Assembly (NCBI GenBank): GCA_963793305.1
Contig: CAWBZV010000005.1
Span: 992,001-1,056,000, forward strand
Direction of reading: 5' to 3'
From: an uncultured Gemmatimonadales bacterium
GTDB taxonomy: Bacteria > Gemmatimonadota > Gemmatimonadetes > Gemmatimonadales > Gemmatimonadaceae
Length of the DNA: 64,000 nt
Shown: positions 26,719 through 37,122 of the stretch, piece by piece
Position numbering within the stretch: the first letter of the stretch is position 1
Layout: every line of letters begins with the position of its first letter
The notes under the pieces: generated by a model
Databases searched by the model: none
What the model was told of the DNA's origin: nothing
What the model saw: the letters and a program-made list of their open reading frames with translations, nothing else
Program-made: the position numbers and the translations under genes

Positions 26719-28901
26719 CCGAGACCGCGGTGAGTGGGAACCAACCCAATCTTGCCGCGATCATCCCGAACTGGACGACGACGAGTGACGAGCGGCTCGA
26801 CCGCGAGTTGCTCGCGCGCGCGTTTCGGTACAGCCAGCGGGCGCACCTCGGTCAAAAGCGATTTTCCGGCGAGGAGTACGTCTCGCATTGCGTCGAGGTC
26901 GCGAAGATCCTCGTTGACCTCCAGCTCGACTCGGTGACCGTCGCCAGCGGTTTGATCCACGACGTCGTCGAGGACACCACGTGCTCCGTCGAGGATGTCG
27001 AGCGGGAGTTCGGGTCCGAGATCGCCGAGATCGTGGACGGTCTCACCAAGATCGGGACGCTGCCGCAGCACTCGACGCAAGAACGTCAAGTCGAAAATTA
27101 TCGGAAGCTCTTACTCTCGATCGCCAAAGACGCCCGCGTCATCATTATCAAGCTGGCCGATCGGCTGCACAACATGCGGACGCTGGAGTATTTGCGCCCG
27201 GAGAAACAGCGGCGCATCGCGCAAGAAACCCGCGACCTGTACGCCCCGCTCGCCCACCGCTTCGGTATGGCGAAGATGCGGTGGGAGCTCGAAGACTTGG
27301 CATTCAAGTTCTTGGAGACCGACGACTACCGCGGCCTCGCCAAGCTCGTCGCCACTAAGCGTGGTGAACGCGAAGCGTTGATCGCCCAGATGCGCGAGCC
27401 CCTGGAGCGCGTTCTGCTCACTGCAGGTATGCAGAACGTCGAAGTCACGGGCCGCCCCAAGCATCTGTGGTCGATCCACAAGAAGATGCAGAAGCGCCAA
27501 AAGCCGTATGACGAAATTTACGACTTGCTGGCGATCCGGGTTCTCGTCAACTCAGTCCCGGACTGCTACCACGCCCTGGGCGTCATCCACGATGGCTGGA
27601 CGCCGCTGCAGGAGCGCATCAAGGACTACATCGCGCAGCCCAAGTCGAACGGCTACCAGTCGCTGCACACGACGGTGTTCGGCCCTGGCCGCCAGTTGTT
27701 CGAGATCCAGATCCGCACGCGCGACATGCACCGGACCGCCGAGTTCGGAATCGCCGCCCACTGGCTCTACAAGAACGGGACGGTAGCCGCGGGCGATATC
27801 GAGCGCCACCTCAGTTGGTTCCGCCAAGTCTTGGAGCTGCAACTCGACGCGAAAACTCCGGACGAATTCCTGGAGTTCTTGAAGCTCGACCTGTATCAGG
27901 ACGAGATCTTCGTCTTCACGCCCACGGGCGATGTGATTCAGCTCCCGAAAGGCGCGACCCCCTTGGATTTCGCGTTCGCGGTGCACACGGAAGTTGGTCT
28001 CCACTGCCAAGGCGCCAAGATCAACGGGAAAATCGCCCCGTTGTCGCGGCAATTAAAAAATTCCGAGACAGTGGAGATTCTGACGGGCCCCGCCGCGCGG
28101 CCCAGTCGGGATTGGCTGGCGCATGTCCGCACGGGCCGCGCGCGCCACAAGATCCGCCAGTGGCTGCGCCACGAACAAGAAGAGACGTCGCAGAAAATCG
28201 GCCGCGAGATACTGGACCGCGAGATCAAACGCCGCCGGTTGGCAAAGCCGAACGACGATGACCTCGAGCTGATCGCCAAAGAGCTCAGCCTCAACGATGT
28301 CGATCACTTGCTGGCGTCGATCGGCCAGGGCAACGTCCACGCCTTGCAGGCGCTCAAGATCTTACACCCGGACCTCGACCAGACCGACGCCCCGGCCAAG
28401 CCGAGCGCCCTCGAGCGCCTGGTCGACCGCGTGCGCCGCGGGAGCAAGGGCGTTCGCATTCAGGGCGCGGACGGCCTCATGGTCCGCTACGCCCAATGTT
28501 GTCAGCCGGTGCCCGGCGACCCGGTGGTCGGCTATGTCACGCGCGGCCGTGGGGTCAGCATCCACCGCTCCGACTGTCCGAACTTGCTGTTCCTCGCCCA
28601 CGAGCCGGAACGGCGGCTCGAAATCGACTGGCAAGAGCAGGAGGGCGAACGCTTCACGGTTCGTTTGACGCTCGAGGCCAACGACCGTCGCGGCCTTTAC
28701 GCCGACATCGCCGCCGCCGTCAGCGCTACCGGCACCGATATCCGCAGCATGGAGCTCCAGACCCACGATGGCCGCGTCACTGGCTCGGCCCTCGTCGAGG
28801 TCGAGAATCTGGCGCACCTGGAGCGGATCATGAAGGCGGCCCGCCGCGTCAAGGGCGTCTCCGAAGTCGCGCGGCGCGATCGAATTACCACGGACGACTA
28901 G
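26715..28901 (+). CDS. rel: Bifunctional (p)ppGpp synthetase/hydrolase (long RSH, Rel)
   Basis: HD motif HDVVED, KLADRLHNMRT, RIKD, GYQSLHT, EIQIRT, TGS, CC and ACT domains; GTG overlaps radC stop. Confidence 0.95.
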   Translation: MTETAVSGNQPNLAAIIPNWTTTSDERLDRELLARAFRYSQRAHLGQKRFSGEEYVSHCVEVAKILVDLQLDSVTVASGLIHDVVEDTTCSVEDVEREFGSEIAEIVDGLTKIGTLPQHSTQERQVENYRKLLLSIAKDARVIIIKLADRLHNMRTLEYLRPEKQRRIAQETRDLYAPLAHRFGMAKMRWELEDLAFKFLETDDYRGLAKLVATKRGEREALIAQMREPLERVLLTAGMQNVEVTGRPKHLWSIHKKMQKRQKPYDEIYDLLAIRVLVNSVPDCYHALGVIHDGWTPLQERIKDYIAQPKSNGYQSLHTTVFGPGRQLFEIQIRTRDMHRTAEFGIAAHWLYKNGTVAAGDIERHLSWFRQVLELQLDAKTPDEFLEFLKLDLYQDEIFVFTPTGDVIQLPKGATPLDFAFAVHTEVGLHCQGAKINGKIAPLSRQLKNSETVEILTGPAARPSRDWLAHVRTGRARHKIRQWLRHEQEETSQKIGREILDREIKRRRLAKPNDDDLELIAKELSLNDVDHLLASIGQGNVHALQALKILHPDLDQTDAPAKPSALERLVDRVRRGSKGVRIQGADGLMVRYAQCCQPVPGDPVVGYVTRGRGVSIHRSDCPNLLFLAHEPERRLEIDWQEQEGERFTVRLTLEANDRRGLYADIAAAVSATGTDIRSMELQTHDGRVTGSALVEVENLAHLERIMKAARRVKGVSEVARRDRITTDD

Positions 28902-28962
28902 CCTCCTCGTCGCTCGGGCGAGGTTTGGCGAAGCGCCATTCAGAACCGGATATATTTAGCTC

Positions 28963-31011
28963 ATGGCCGGCCCCAAGTTCGACCTGCAGGCGCCCTTCCG
29001 CCCGGCGGGCGATCAGCCACGCGCGATCGCCGAGCTGTCGGCGGGTCTGCGCCGTGGCGACAGGTTCCAGACGCTCCTCGGCGTGACCGGCTCGGGCAAG
29101 ACGATGACGGTCGCCAACGTCATCCAGGATTTCGGCCGCCCAACGCTGGTGCTCTCGCACAATAAGACCCTCGCCGCCCAGCTGTACGGCGAACTCAAGG
29201 GCTTCTTCCCGAAGAACGCGGTCGAGTACTTCATCTCGTACTACGACTACTACCAGCCGGAAGCCTATGTCCCGGCGTCGGACACGTACATCGAGAAAGA
29301 CGCCTCGATCAACGAAGACATCGATCGTCTCCGGCTCCGAGCCACGTCGAGCCTGATGGAGCGCGACGACGTCGTGATCGTCTCCACCGTGTCCGCGATC
29401 TACGGCCTCGGCGACCCGCTGACGTACAAAGAGACGATGGTGACGGTCGAGCGCGGCCAGCACATCCCGCGCGATGAGATCCTGCGCGCCCTCGTTCGTA
29501 TCCAGTACGGCCGCAACGATGTCGCCTTCGAGCGCGGAACCTTCCGCGTGCGCGGCGACACCGTCGAGATTTTCCCGGCCTACGAGGAGCAGGGTGTCCG
29601 CGTCGAGATGTGGGGCGACCAGGTCGAGAAGATCTCCAAGATCGATCCACTCACGGGGAACGTCATCACGTCGCTCGAGCGCGCCGCGGTCTACCCCGCG
29701 AAGCATTTTATCACCTCGCGCCCGAGACTCGAACGCGCGGTCGGCCTGATCCGCTCCGAGCTGGCCGAACGCCTGGAGCTCCTCCGTTCAAACGGCAAGC
29801 TCCTCGAAGCGCAACGCCTCGAAAGCCGCACGAACTTCGACATCGAGATGATGTTGGAGATCGGCACCTGCGCCGGAATCGAAAACTATTCTCGCCATCT
29901 CTCGGGCCGTTCTGCCGGCGAGCGCCCGGCATGCTTGTTCGATTACTTCCCGGAAGATTTTCTGGTGGTCGTCGACGAATCACACGTGACGCTCCCGCAA
30001 GTCCGTGGGATGTACAATGGCGACCGCGCGCGCAAGCTCACGCTGGTGGACTACGGCTTTCGTCTCCCGTCGGCGCTCGACAATCGTCCATTGATCTTCG
30101 ACGAGTTCTTGGCGCTCACGCCGCGCGCGATCATGGTCTCGGCCACTCCCGCTGAGCTCGAATTAGAGCTTTCCCAGGGCGTCGTGGTCGAGCAGATTAT
30201 TCGCCCCACGGGCCTGGTAGACCCAGAAATCGAGATACGCTCGGTCCGTGGCCAGGTCGATGACCTGCTCCATGAGATTCGCGCGCGCGAAGCGCGAAGC
30301 GAACGCGTCCTGGTGACCACGCTGACGAAGCGCATGGCCGAGGACCTGACGGATTATCTCCAGCAGATGGGCGTGCGAGTGCGCTACATGCACTCGGACA
30401 TCGATGCCATCGAACGCATGGAGATCGTGAGAGGCCTGCGCTTGGGTGATTTCGATGTCCTGGTCGGCATTAACTTGTTGCGCGAAGGCCTGGACATGCC
30501 GGAGGTCTCCTTGGTCGCGATATTGGACGCGGACCAAGAGGGTTTTCTCCGCAGCGATCGCTCACTGATCCAGACCGTGGGCCGCGCCGCGCGCCATATC
30601 TCGGGCCGCGCCATTCTGTACGCCGATCGCATGACGGGCTCAATGCAGCGCGCCATCGACGAGACCAGTCGCCGTCGCACGATCCAACAGGAGCACAACG
30701 TCGAGCACGGGATCACGCCGCGCTCGGTGAGCAAGAGTGTCGATCAGGTCCGCTTGATCACACGCGTCGCCGATGCCCGTACCGAGCGCACGCCGGCGGT
30801 CGAACGGCTCGCCCCGCGCGCCCCCGAGGGCGATGTCGCGGCATTGATCGCCCGTTTGGAAAAAGAGATGAAGGAAGCGGCGGCCGCCCTCGACTTCGAG
30901 ACCGCGGCGCGCCTGCGCGACGAGCTGTTCGATGTCCGCGCGGCCGGCTCCGGGCAGCCGGGCACGGACGCGCGTCGTCGTCGACCCGCTCGCCCGGCCG
31001 TCGAGCGGTAA
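28963..31011 (+). CDS. uvrB: Excinuclease ABC subunit B
   Basis: [35 protein letters not shown]-terminal [12 protein letters not shown]. Confidence 0.98.
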   Translation: MAGPKFDLQAPFRPAGDQPRAIAELSAGLRRGDRFQTLLGVTGSGKTMTVANVIQDFGRPTLVLSHNKTLAAQLYGELKGFFPKNAVEYFISYYDYYQPEAYVPASDTYIEKDASINEDIDRLRLRATSSLMERDDVVIVSTVSAIYGLGDPLTYKETMVTVERGQHIPRDEILRALVRIQYGRNDVAFERGTFRVRGDTVEIFPAYEEQGVRVEMWGDQVEKISKIDPLTGNVITSLERAAVYPAKHFITSRPRLERAVGLIRSELAERLELLRSNGKLLEAQRLESRTNFDIEMMLEIGTCAGIENYSRHLSGRSAGERPACLFDYFPEDFLVVVDESHVTLPQVRGMYNGDRARKLTLVDYGFRLPSALDNRPLIFDEFLALTPRAIMVSATPAELELELSQGVVVEQIIRPTGLVDPEIEIRSVRGQVDDLLHEIRAREARSERVLVTTLTKRMAEDLTDYLQQMGVRVRYMHSDIDAIERMEIVRGLRLGDFDVLVGINLLREGLDMPEVSLVAILDADQEGFLRSDRSLIQTVGRAARHISGRAILYADRMTGSMQRAIDETSRRRTIQQEHNVEHGITPRSVSKSVDQVRLITRVADARTERTPAVERLAPRAPEGDVAALIARLEKEMKEAAAALDFETAARLRDELFDVRAAGSGQPGTDARRRRPARPAVER

Positions 31012-31455
31012 GTGCACGTCGTCCCACCCCTCGCGGCGCGCGGCCGGATCGCGCTCACGCTGCCGGAGCTGGTGGCGTGGGGCGAGCGCTTGGGCCGCGC
31101 GCTCACCCCGCCGCAGCTGATCGCGATCTCCGGCGATTTGGGCGCCGGCAAGACGACGCTCATCCAAGCGATCTGCCGCGGCTACGGCGTGACCGAGCCC
31201 GTCACGAGCCCGACGTTCGCGCTGGTGCACGAATATCGCGCGCCGCGCTCGGCGGTCTTTCACATCGACCTCTATCGCCTCGACCGCCCGGCGGACCTCA
31301 CCAGCATCGGCTGGGACGACATCGTGCGCGCCGAAGCCCTGATTCTGGTCGAGTGGCCGGAGCGCGCCGGCGATCGCTTGCCGTCGGCGCACGTCCCGAT
31401 CGATCTGGAGCACCTCAGCGGCGAGCCGAACAAGCGGGTCCTGCTCGCAGGGTGA
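31012..31455 (+). CDS. tsaE: t6A biosynthesis ATPase TsaE
   Basis: GDLGAGKTT, VTSPTF, HIDLYRL, VEWPE. Confidence 0.95.
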   Translation: MHVVPPLAARGRIALTLPELVAWGERLGRALTPPQLIAISGDLGAGKTTLIQAICRGYGVTEPVTSPTFALVHEYRAPRSAVFHIDLYRLDRPADLTSIGWDDIVRAEALILVEWPERAGDRLPSAHVPIDLEHLSGEPNKRVLLAG

Positions 31456-32069
31456 CGGTTCTCGCGCTCGACGCGTCGACGGCCCGCGCCACGGTAGCCG
31501 TTATTTGGCCTGGCTCCAGCGCTGTCATTGCCAAGGTTGCGGCTGAGGCGACAGTTGCCGAGCGCTCTGAACACGTGGAGCCTTTGTTGCCCGCGGCGCT
31601 GGCCTTGCTCGCCTCAGTCTCCGTCCCGTTGTCAGAGCTGACGGCCATCGTATGCGGTGCGGGGCCCGGGACCTTCACAGGCCTCCGCACGGCCGCGTCG
31701 ATCGCCAAAGGCCTGGCGATGGGACTCGAGATCCCGCTCTACGCGGTCCCGTCGCTGTCATTGATCCCGGCCGGTCTCGCCGATGGCCGATACCTGGCGG
31801 TGTTAGACGCGGGCCGAGGTGACCGCTTCGCGTCACTGCTCGATTGGCCGAGCGGCGAAGGCGCCTATATCCTCGCCCCAGCAGCCCAGGTCGCGGCACT
31901 CGCCGCCGAGTCGCACGCGACCATGGTCGGCCCAGAAACCGGCGTTTGGCCCCACGCTCGCGGCGTTATCCACCTCGCCTGGGGCCCCCCAGTCGACCTG
32001 GCTTCTTGGGAGCCCGACTACGGCCGAAGCTCAGCAGCCGAAGACCGCCGCCGGGGTGTCGCTCGATGA
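31452..32069 (+). CDS. tsaB: t6A biosynthesis protein TsaB
   Basis: LALDAS, GPGTFTGLR, LDAGRG, EPDY; between tsaE and rimI. Confidence 0.92.
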   Translation: MTVLALDASTARATVAVIWPGSSAVIAKVAAEATVAERSEHVEPLLPAALALLASVSVPLSELTAIVCGAGPGTFTGLRTAASIAKGLAMGLEIPLYAVPSLSLIPAGLADGRYLAVLDAGRGDRFASLLDWPSGEGAYILAPAAQVAALAAESHATMVGPETGVWPHARGVIHLAWGPPVDLASWEPDYGRSSAAEDRRRGVAR

Positions 32070-32545
32070 TGGCCGTCCGCCCGGAGCGCCTCGCGATCAC
32101 GCTCCGCCGCGCCACCATGCCCGATCTCGACGAGATCGTCGCGATCGAGCGCGCGTCGTTCTCCGACCCGCCCTGGTCGCGCGACTCGTTCCTGGTGCTC
32201 GTGGACAGCCCCCGCGCCTACTTCACGGTTGCATGCGCGTCGCCAGCTGAGCACGTGATCGGCTACGTCGTCGCCTGGTTCGTCGCCGACGAGGCCGAGA
32301 TCGCGAACCTGGCGGTCGCACCGGACCGCCGCGGCCGCGGGGTCGGCTCGCGCTTGCTCGACGCGGCCCTCGTCGAGGCCCGCCTGGACGGCGCGCGCGT
32401 CGTCCACCTTGAGGTGCGCGACTCGAACGCGGCGGCCCGCGCGCTCTACGGGTCGCGCGGGTTCTTAGCGGTCGGCCGCCGCCGCCGCTACTATCGAGAT
32501 CCAGTCGAAGATGCGTTACTACTGCGCCGCGATTTGGAACCGTGA
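32066..32545 (+). CDS. rimI: Ribosomal protein S18 alanine N-acetyltransferase
   Basis: IANLAVAP..RGRGVG, LEVRDSN, GRRRRYYRDPVEDAL. Confidence 0.92.
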   Translation: MMAVRPERLAITLRRATMPDLDEIVAIERASFSDPPWSRDSFLVLVDSPRAYFTVACASPAEHVIGYVVAWFVADEAEIANLAVAPDRRGRGVGSRLLDAALVEARLDGARVVHLEVRDSNAAARALYGSRGFLAVGRRRRYYRDPVEDALLLRRDLEP

Positions 32546-32596
32546 TGATACGGATCGAGCGCGGGGTCTTAAATTGCCAGCAAACGGGGAGGTGCT

Positions 32597-33092
32597 ATGG
32601 GCCGCAGCCTGAATAGAGTGCAGTTGATCGGAAATCTCGGAAAGGACCCGGAAGTACGTTCGACGTTCGAACGGTGGCCGGGTCGCGAATTTCACGCTCG
32701 CGACGAGCCGCACCTGGAACTCCCAGGCCGGAGAGCGCCAGGAGAAGACGGAGTGGCACAACTGCGTCGCGTGGAACTCCAAGAACTACAATCTCGCCGA
32801 CATCGTCGAGCGCTATTGCAAGAAGGGCAAGCAGGTCTACGTCGAGGGCGAGATCGAGTATCGCTCGTACGAGAAGGAGGGCCAGACGCGCTACATCACC
32901 GAGATCAAGGTCCGCGAGCTGATCCTGCTCGGCGGCCGCGGCGGAGACTCGGACGATGCTGGCGCACCACCACCAGCCCGTTCCTCCCGCGCGCCCGCCG
33001 AACGCGCGAAGACCAGCGCGAAATCCGGCAGCGAGGATTTCGATGACTTCCCGGGCGCCCTCGAAGAGTCCGACGACGACTTGCCGTTCTAA
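32597..33092 (+). CDS. ssb: Single-stranded DNA-binding protein; +1 frameshift at ~32666
   Basis: SLNRVQLIGNLGKDPE; removing one T gives VANFTLATS…TEWHN…KKGKQVYVEG…DDDLPF*; SD GGGGAGGT. Confidence 0.93.
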
Positions 33093-33100
33093 AGACCTTA

Positions 33101-33146
33101 TATAGTAGGCGTTGTGCTTGTTTTCTGGTGTAACGCCTAGTATGTT
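33101..33146 (+). promoter_or_regulatory. hipBA promoter with overlapping inverted-repeat operator
   Basis: TTGTTT (33118-23), 17 bp, TATGTT (33141-46); IR TAGGCGTT (33106-13) / AACGCCTA (33132-39). Confidence 0.65.
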
Positions 33147-33152
33147 AGGTGA

Positions 33153-33431
33153 GTGCTATTACTTCCCATCGTCGGCGAGCAGATCGCCAGCAGGCGCAGA
33201 GCGCTAGGACTGACCCAGCCCGAGCTTGCCAAGAAAGCCAGGGTCGGGCTCTCCACGCTCGATGCGCTGGAAAACGGGCGCTTGGGTGAACTGGGCTATT
33301 CTAGGATAACGAACATCCTGACCGCGCTCGGGCTGGAGCTGAAGCTCCAGGAAGCGCACGCGCGCCGGCCGACGCTTGAAGAACTGATGGACGAAGAAGG
33401 CGATGATCAAGGTTTGGGCCGACGCCGCTGA
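33153..33431 (+). CDS. XRE-family HTH antitoxin (HipB-like)
   Basis: IASRRRALGLTQPELAKKARVGLSTLDALENG; overlaps the hipA start. Confidence 0.85.
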   Translation: MLLLPIVGEQIASRRRALGLTQPELAKKARVGLSTLDALENGRLGELGYSRITNILTALGLELKLQEAHARRPTLEELMDEEGDDQGLGRRR

Positions 33432-34632
33432 GGCGGGCCTGCTCGACCGATATGACGGACGCGGCAGCGCGTTCGCGTATCAGCCCGGGGTATCGCCTGC
33501 GCGCGCGGTGTCCGCCACTATGCCCGTGCGCCTGCCTTCGTATAACGCGCCTTTCGGGCTTCTGCCCATTTTCGAGATGAACCTGCCCGAGGGCGTGTTG
33601 CGCGAGCGGTTACGTCTCGCGTTTGCCAAGGCCACGGGCACGTTCGATGACTTCGACTTGCTGGGCATCGTTGGGCGCTCGCAGGTCGGCCGGATTCGCT
33701 ATACGGGCCAGCAGGAGGATTTGCGGGAGGACGTGCCGTTCCAGTCGGTTGATGAGATTCTCCAGAAACGGCGCGGCGGAGAACTGCTGCGCTATCTGAT
33801 CGACAAATTCGCCACCTTCTCGGGCATCAGCGGCGTGCAGCCCAAGATTCTGGTGCGCGACGACGCGGCTTCCTCGGCACTGAACAAAGGCCATCGCCGT
33901 CGCTCGGAGAGTTTTCACGGCGCCACACACATCGTCAAGTTCTGGGAGCAGAACGAGTATCCACAACTGGCGGCCAACGAGTATTTCTGCCTCAAGGTTG
34001 CGGAACAATGCGGCCTGGAGGTTCCGCCCTACCGGCTGTCCGAGGACGCGCTCGCGCTGGTCGTCGACCGTTTCGATCTGCGGCCGGACGGCACCTACCG
34101 CGGCTTCGAGGATTTTTGCGTGCTCAACGCTCGCCGCACCGATCAGAAATACAGCGGTAGTTACGAGAGCTCCATCATGAAACGCTTCGTCCAGTTTGCC
34201 AACTCGTCACACGTTGGCGAAGACCTGGAACGCCTCTTCACGCTCATCGCGATCAATTGCGCGCTACGGAACGGCGACGCCCATTTGAAGAATTTCGGTA
34301 TTCTGTATGATGACGTGCAGGGCGAAGCCCGTCTCGCGCCGGTCTACGATGTGGTGACCACGTCCGTCTACCTCGCCAAAGACACCATGGCGCTCACCCT
34401 GAACGGAACCACCAGATGGGCGAGCGCCAAAGAGCTGCAACGGGTGGGCGTGACCCGCATGGGCGGCACTCCGGCCCGCGTGAAAGAAATTCTCGATCGC
34501 GTTGACACCGCGATGGCGTCCACGGCCACCGAGATGCGCGCCTACATCGGGGCGCACGCGGAATTCGCGGACCTCGGCCATCGCATGCTCCGCGAATGGG
34601 AACAGGGCGCGGCGCATTCGCTGAGGCGCTAA
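33403..34632 (+). CDS. hipA: HipA-family Ser/Thr kinase toxin
   Basis: P-loop SGISGVQPK, NE..CL, RFD, FEDFC, NGDAHLKNF, LAPVYDV. Confidence 0.92.
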   Translation: MIKVWADAAEAGLLDRYDGRGSAFAYQPGVSPARAVSATMPVRLPSYNAPFGLLPIFEMNLPEGVLRERLRLAFAKATGTFDDFDLLGIVGRSQVGRIRYTGQQEDLREDVPFQSVDEILQKRRGGELLRYLIDKFATFSGISGVQPKILVRDDAASSALNKGHRRRSESFHGATHIVKFWEQNEYPQLAANEYFCLKVAEQCGLEVPPYRLSEDALALVVDRFDLRPDGTYRGFEDFCVLNARRTDQKYSGSYESSIMKRFVQFANSSHVGEDLERLFTLIAINCALRNGDAHLKNFGILYDDVQGEARLAPVYDVVTTSVYLAKDTMALTLNGTTRWASAKELQRVGVTRMGGTPARVKEILDRVDTAMASTATEMRAYIGAHAEFADLGHRMLREWEQGAAHSLRR

Positions 34633-35438
34633 CGGATTTTTGTCGCGGCCCGGTCGCGACCGTACTGATGGAGCACGAGGCCCGTCACAGTACCACTCGC
34701 GTCGCGAGTGAACGTAAGCTGGGCGTCCACCTCGCGGACGAAAAAGTCGCTGCTGCTCTCCGGCCAGAGCCTCACGGGAGTCCCGCCCTCGGTCGACCGC
34801 GCAAAGAGCGCCCCGTCGTGTATCGTGAGATCGAGCTCCAGTCCCGGAACGAGCTGGTAGACGCCGACGTACGGCGCCAGCGCAGACGCCGGCAACTCGA
34901 CCACGGTGTGCTGCCTGGGCGGGAGTGCTGACGGTGGCACCATGCCGAGCAGTCGCATGTAGGTCGAGATCTGACCGTAGTGCTCCGCCAGATCAGTATC
35001 GAGCGCGAGTAATGTCCTCGCCAGCGCTGGCAACTGAGGTGTCCCCACGCGCTCCATTGCCCTGTCGCAGAAAGCGAGTGACGCCTTGAGGCGCGTCACG
35101 AGGGTGTCCTTGGGCCACCGCGCTTTGACGGTATCCGCCAACGAATCCTTGCTCGTCGTGGCGTGTTTCAGGTCGCCGAGGCGCTCGCACAGACTATAGT
35201 TCGCGTCCTCGAGATGCTGGGCGATATAGCCGATCGTCTGTTGTGGGGCGGTGGGTCGATAGCCGTATTGGGTCGCGGGGATGGAGTCGAACGCTGCGAC
35301 CAGCCGGCTGCCGTAGACATCCGCGAATGTCTCGAATGCGAACATCATGCGATCGGGCGACTCACGAGTGGCGGACGACTGGGCCGCGAGCACCGTGGGG
35401 AGCACAAGAGAGATGGTGATCAGCGTGTGCTGGCGCAT
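34629..35438 (-). CDS. Secreted DinB-family protein with C-terminal DUF3471-like domain
   Basis: Signal peptide; IPATQYGYRPT…IAQH…EHYGQISTYMRLLGMVPP; YVGVYQL…LTFTRDASGTVTGLVLHQ. Confidence 0.78.
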   Translation of the reverse strand: MRQHTLITISLVLPTVLAAQSSATRESPDRMMFAFETFADVYGSRLVAAFDSIPATQYGYRPTAPQQTIGYIAQHLEDANYSLCERLGDLKHATTSKDSLADTVKARWPKDTLVTRLKASLAFCDRAMERVGTPQLPALARTLLALDTDLAEHYGQISTYMRLLGMVPPSALPPRQHTVVELPASALAPYVGVYQLVPGLELDLTIHDGALFARSTEGGTPVRLWPESSSDFFVREVDAQLTFTRDASGTVTGLVLHQYGRDRAATKIR

Positions 35439-35883
35439 GCGATTTCTCGATCGAGTTCTTGGGGTCGAGTGCGTGGAGCCGCGGCGGCACTCGAATCTGA
35501 ATTACCAGGATGCGACACCAGATCCGTACCCCGCACAGCGCGTCGCGTTCGACACGTCGGACGGTGGGGTACTCGATCATTGGCAGGCGAGGCGAGTCTT
35601 CACTTGCCAGAGCTATCGTTGCTTCAGAAGCAGACGCGCGCGAACATCGGGATCTCACTGGAAGCGTTACGCTATTTACTACACGTTGCGTCACGTCTGC
35701 TGCCGGAATATCATGGAGAGCGACGCCACTCGTCGAAGCAGCGTCTGTCAGTAGGTCGCTTGCGTGGGCGCTCGACACTCCGCTCTGGGTAGAGCAGTGA
35801 ACGCTGGGCGGGAGTCTCTCGGCGCTATCGGCATGTAGCTTTCTGATTGACGTGAGGCGCGGCAAGATCAACTAGGAGTCTCC

Positions 35884-36288
35884 ATGAAGCTGGGCATTCG
35901 CGGCATGACGCCGTTGCTCCAGGTCTTCGACCTCCCAGTGTCGCTGGCTTTCTATCGCGACATTCTCGGCTTCGAGGTCGTCCAGTCGACGAACGACTGG
36001 GCGTGGCTCAAACGCGATGATGTCGAGCTCATGCTCAACACGGCGTACGAATCTGACGCGCGTCCGCCGGCACCCGACCCCCGCCGCGTTGCCGCGCACG
36101 ACGACACGGCGCTCTACTTCGGCTGCCCAGATGTCGACGCGGCCTACGCGTACCTACGCGCTCGCGGGGTCGCGACGCAGGAGCCGCGCGTCGCGCCATA
36201 TGGCATGAAGCAGTTGTACCTGTCGGATCCCGACGGGTACAACTTGTGCTTTCAATGGCGCGCGGCGGGAGTGGCCGGCGTAGGCTGA
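35884..36288 (+). CDS. VOC (glyoxalase/bleomycin resistance) family protein
   Basis: SLAFYRDILGF, DVDAAY, PYGMKQLYLSDPDGY; SD AGGAG. Confidence 0.9.
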   Translation: MKLGIRGMTPLLQVFDLPVSLAFYRDILGFEVVQSTNDWAWLKRDDVELMLNTAYESDARPPAPDPRRVAAHDDTALYFGCPDVDAAYAYLRARGVATQEPRVAPYGMKQLYLSDPDGYNLCFQWRAAGVAGVG

Positions 36289-36340
36289 GCGAGCGGCGGC
36301 CCAACGGTGACAAGGTCCACCTGCGGTAGCTGGGTCTCGC
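36254..36340. repeat. 87-bp direct repeat, copy 1 (orphan 3' end of the 38039-38773 gene)
   Basis: 77/87 identical, ungapped, to 38041-38127; minus strand reads ETQLPQVDLVTVGPPLAQPTPATPAARH*. Confidence 0.95.
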
Positions 36341-36430
36341 GAGCGACAGGCTTCACGCAATACATCCGCCGGCCACCGATGCACGTGCCGCGACAACGTC
36401 TCTCCGCATCCGAGCGAGGTGGATCCTCGT

Positions 36431-36447
36431 TCAGTCGCCGCGACTGA
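36431..36447 (-). terminator. Hairpin just downstream of the AbiE antitoxin gene (possible terminator; no U-tract)
   Basis: TCAGTCG-CCG-CGACTGA. Confidence 0.3.
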
Positions 36448-36455
36448 TCTGGCGC

Positions 36456-37122
36456 TTACTGAAGCGCCACGGCTGGCTTGATGTGTGTCCGTGCCTCGGT
36501 CATGTGCGCGCGCGCGCGACTCATAGCTATTCGGAAGGGCGCAAAAGAGATGCGCTCCAGCCACGGGTCCCATGCGTTCCAGTTCCAGGTCTCGGGGAGC
36601 TCGATTTCGGGGAGATGGCGCCACTGCTGCTTACGGCGCAACCCGAGATAGAGCGTGTCGAAGAGCGCCTTTTCCGCCGTGGCTCGCTGAAACCGCCCCC
36701 ATTTGTCGCCTGGTTCAGCGCCAACTAGCAGGTTCGTTTCGAGTCGATGAAATGCGAACGTCCCCACCGGCGTCTTCATCCTGGCATGTTGCTCGGCTGT
36801 CGCTACGTGCATTCTCGCGTGGAATCTGGGACAGCATGCCGTGCAGATGCAGCGCGGATATGAACGACACGTAAGCTGGCTCCCCCCAGGTTTCCGCGAG
36901 GCGGCCGATCACCAAGTATGGGGTGAAGAGAGTATGCGCCGGGTTGGCCCACAAGCCACGCATGATCCTGGTGACGACGCCGTTCTGCGTGAGTCTGCGC
37001 ATAAGTTTCGATATCGCGACCGCAGATGCCCCGGTTGCGACCGCAACGTCACGTGATGTGAAGATCGGCTCGCGGAGCACGATGTCGCGGATCGCGGCGG
37101 TGCTCAACTCGGTCCGTGGCAT
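36456..37122 (-). CDS. Type IV TA antitoxin, AbiEi-like; +1 frameshift at ~36812 (error or pseudogene)
   Basis: wHTH N-terminus (IFTSRDV…VTRIMRGLW), YVSFISALHLHGMLSQIP, ATAEKALFDTLYL; SD AGGAG before ATG 37122. Confidence 0.82.

Noticed and set aside
32660..32675. Programmed ribosomal frameshift in ssb (or wzc, wbpA)
   Set aside because: No slippery site; same doubled-base pattern as the other probable assembly errors
35163..35871. ORFs 35163-35792 (+), 35347-35754 (+), 35362-35871 (-), 35510-35800 (+)
   Set aside because: Most overlap the DinB gene; none shows a recognisable domain
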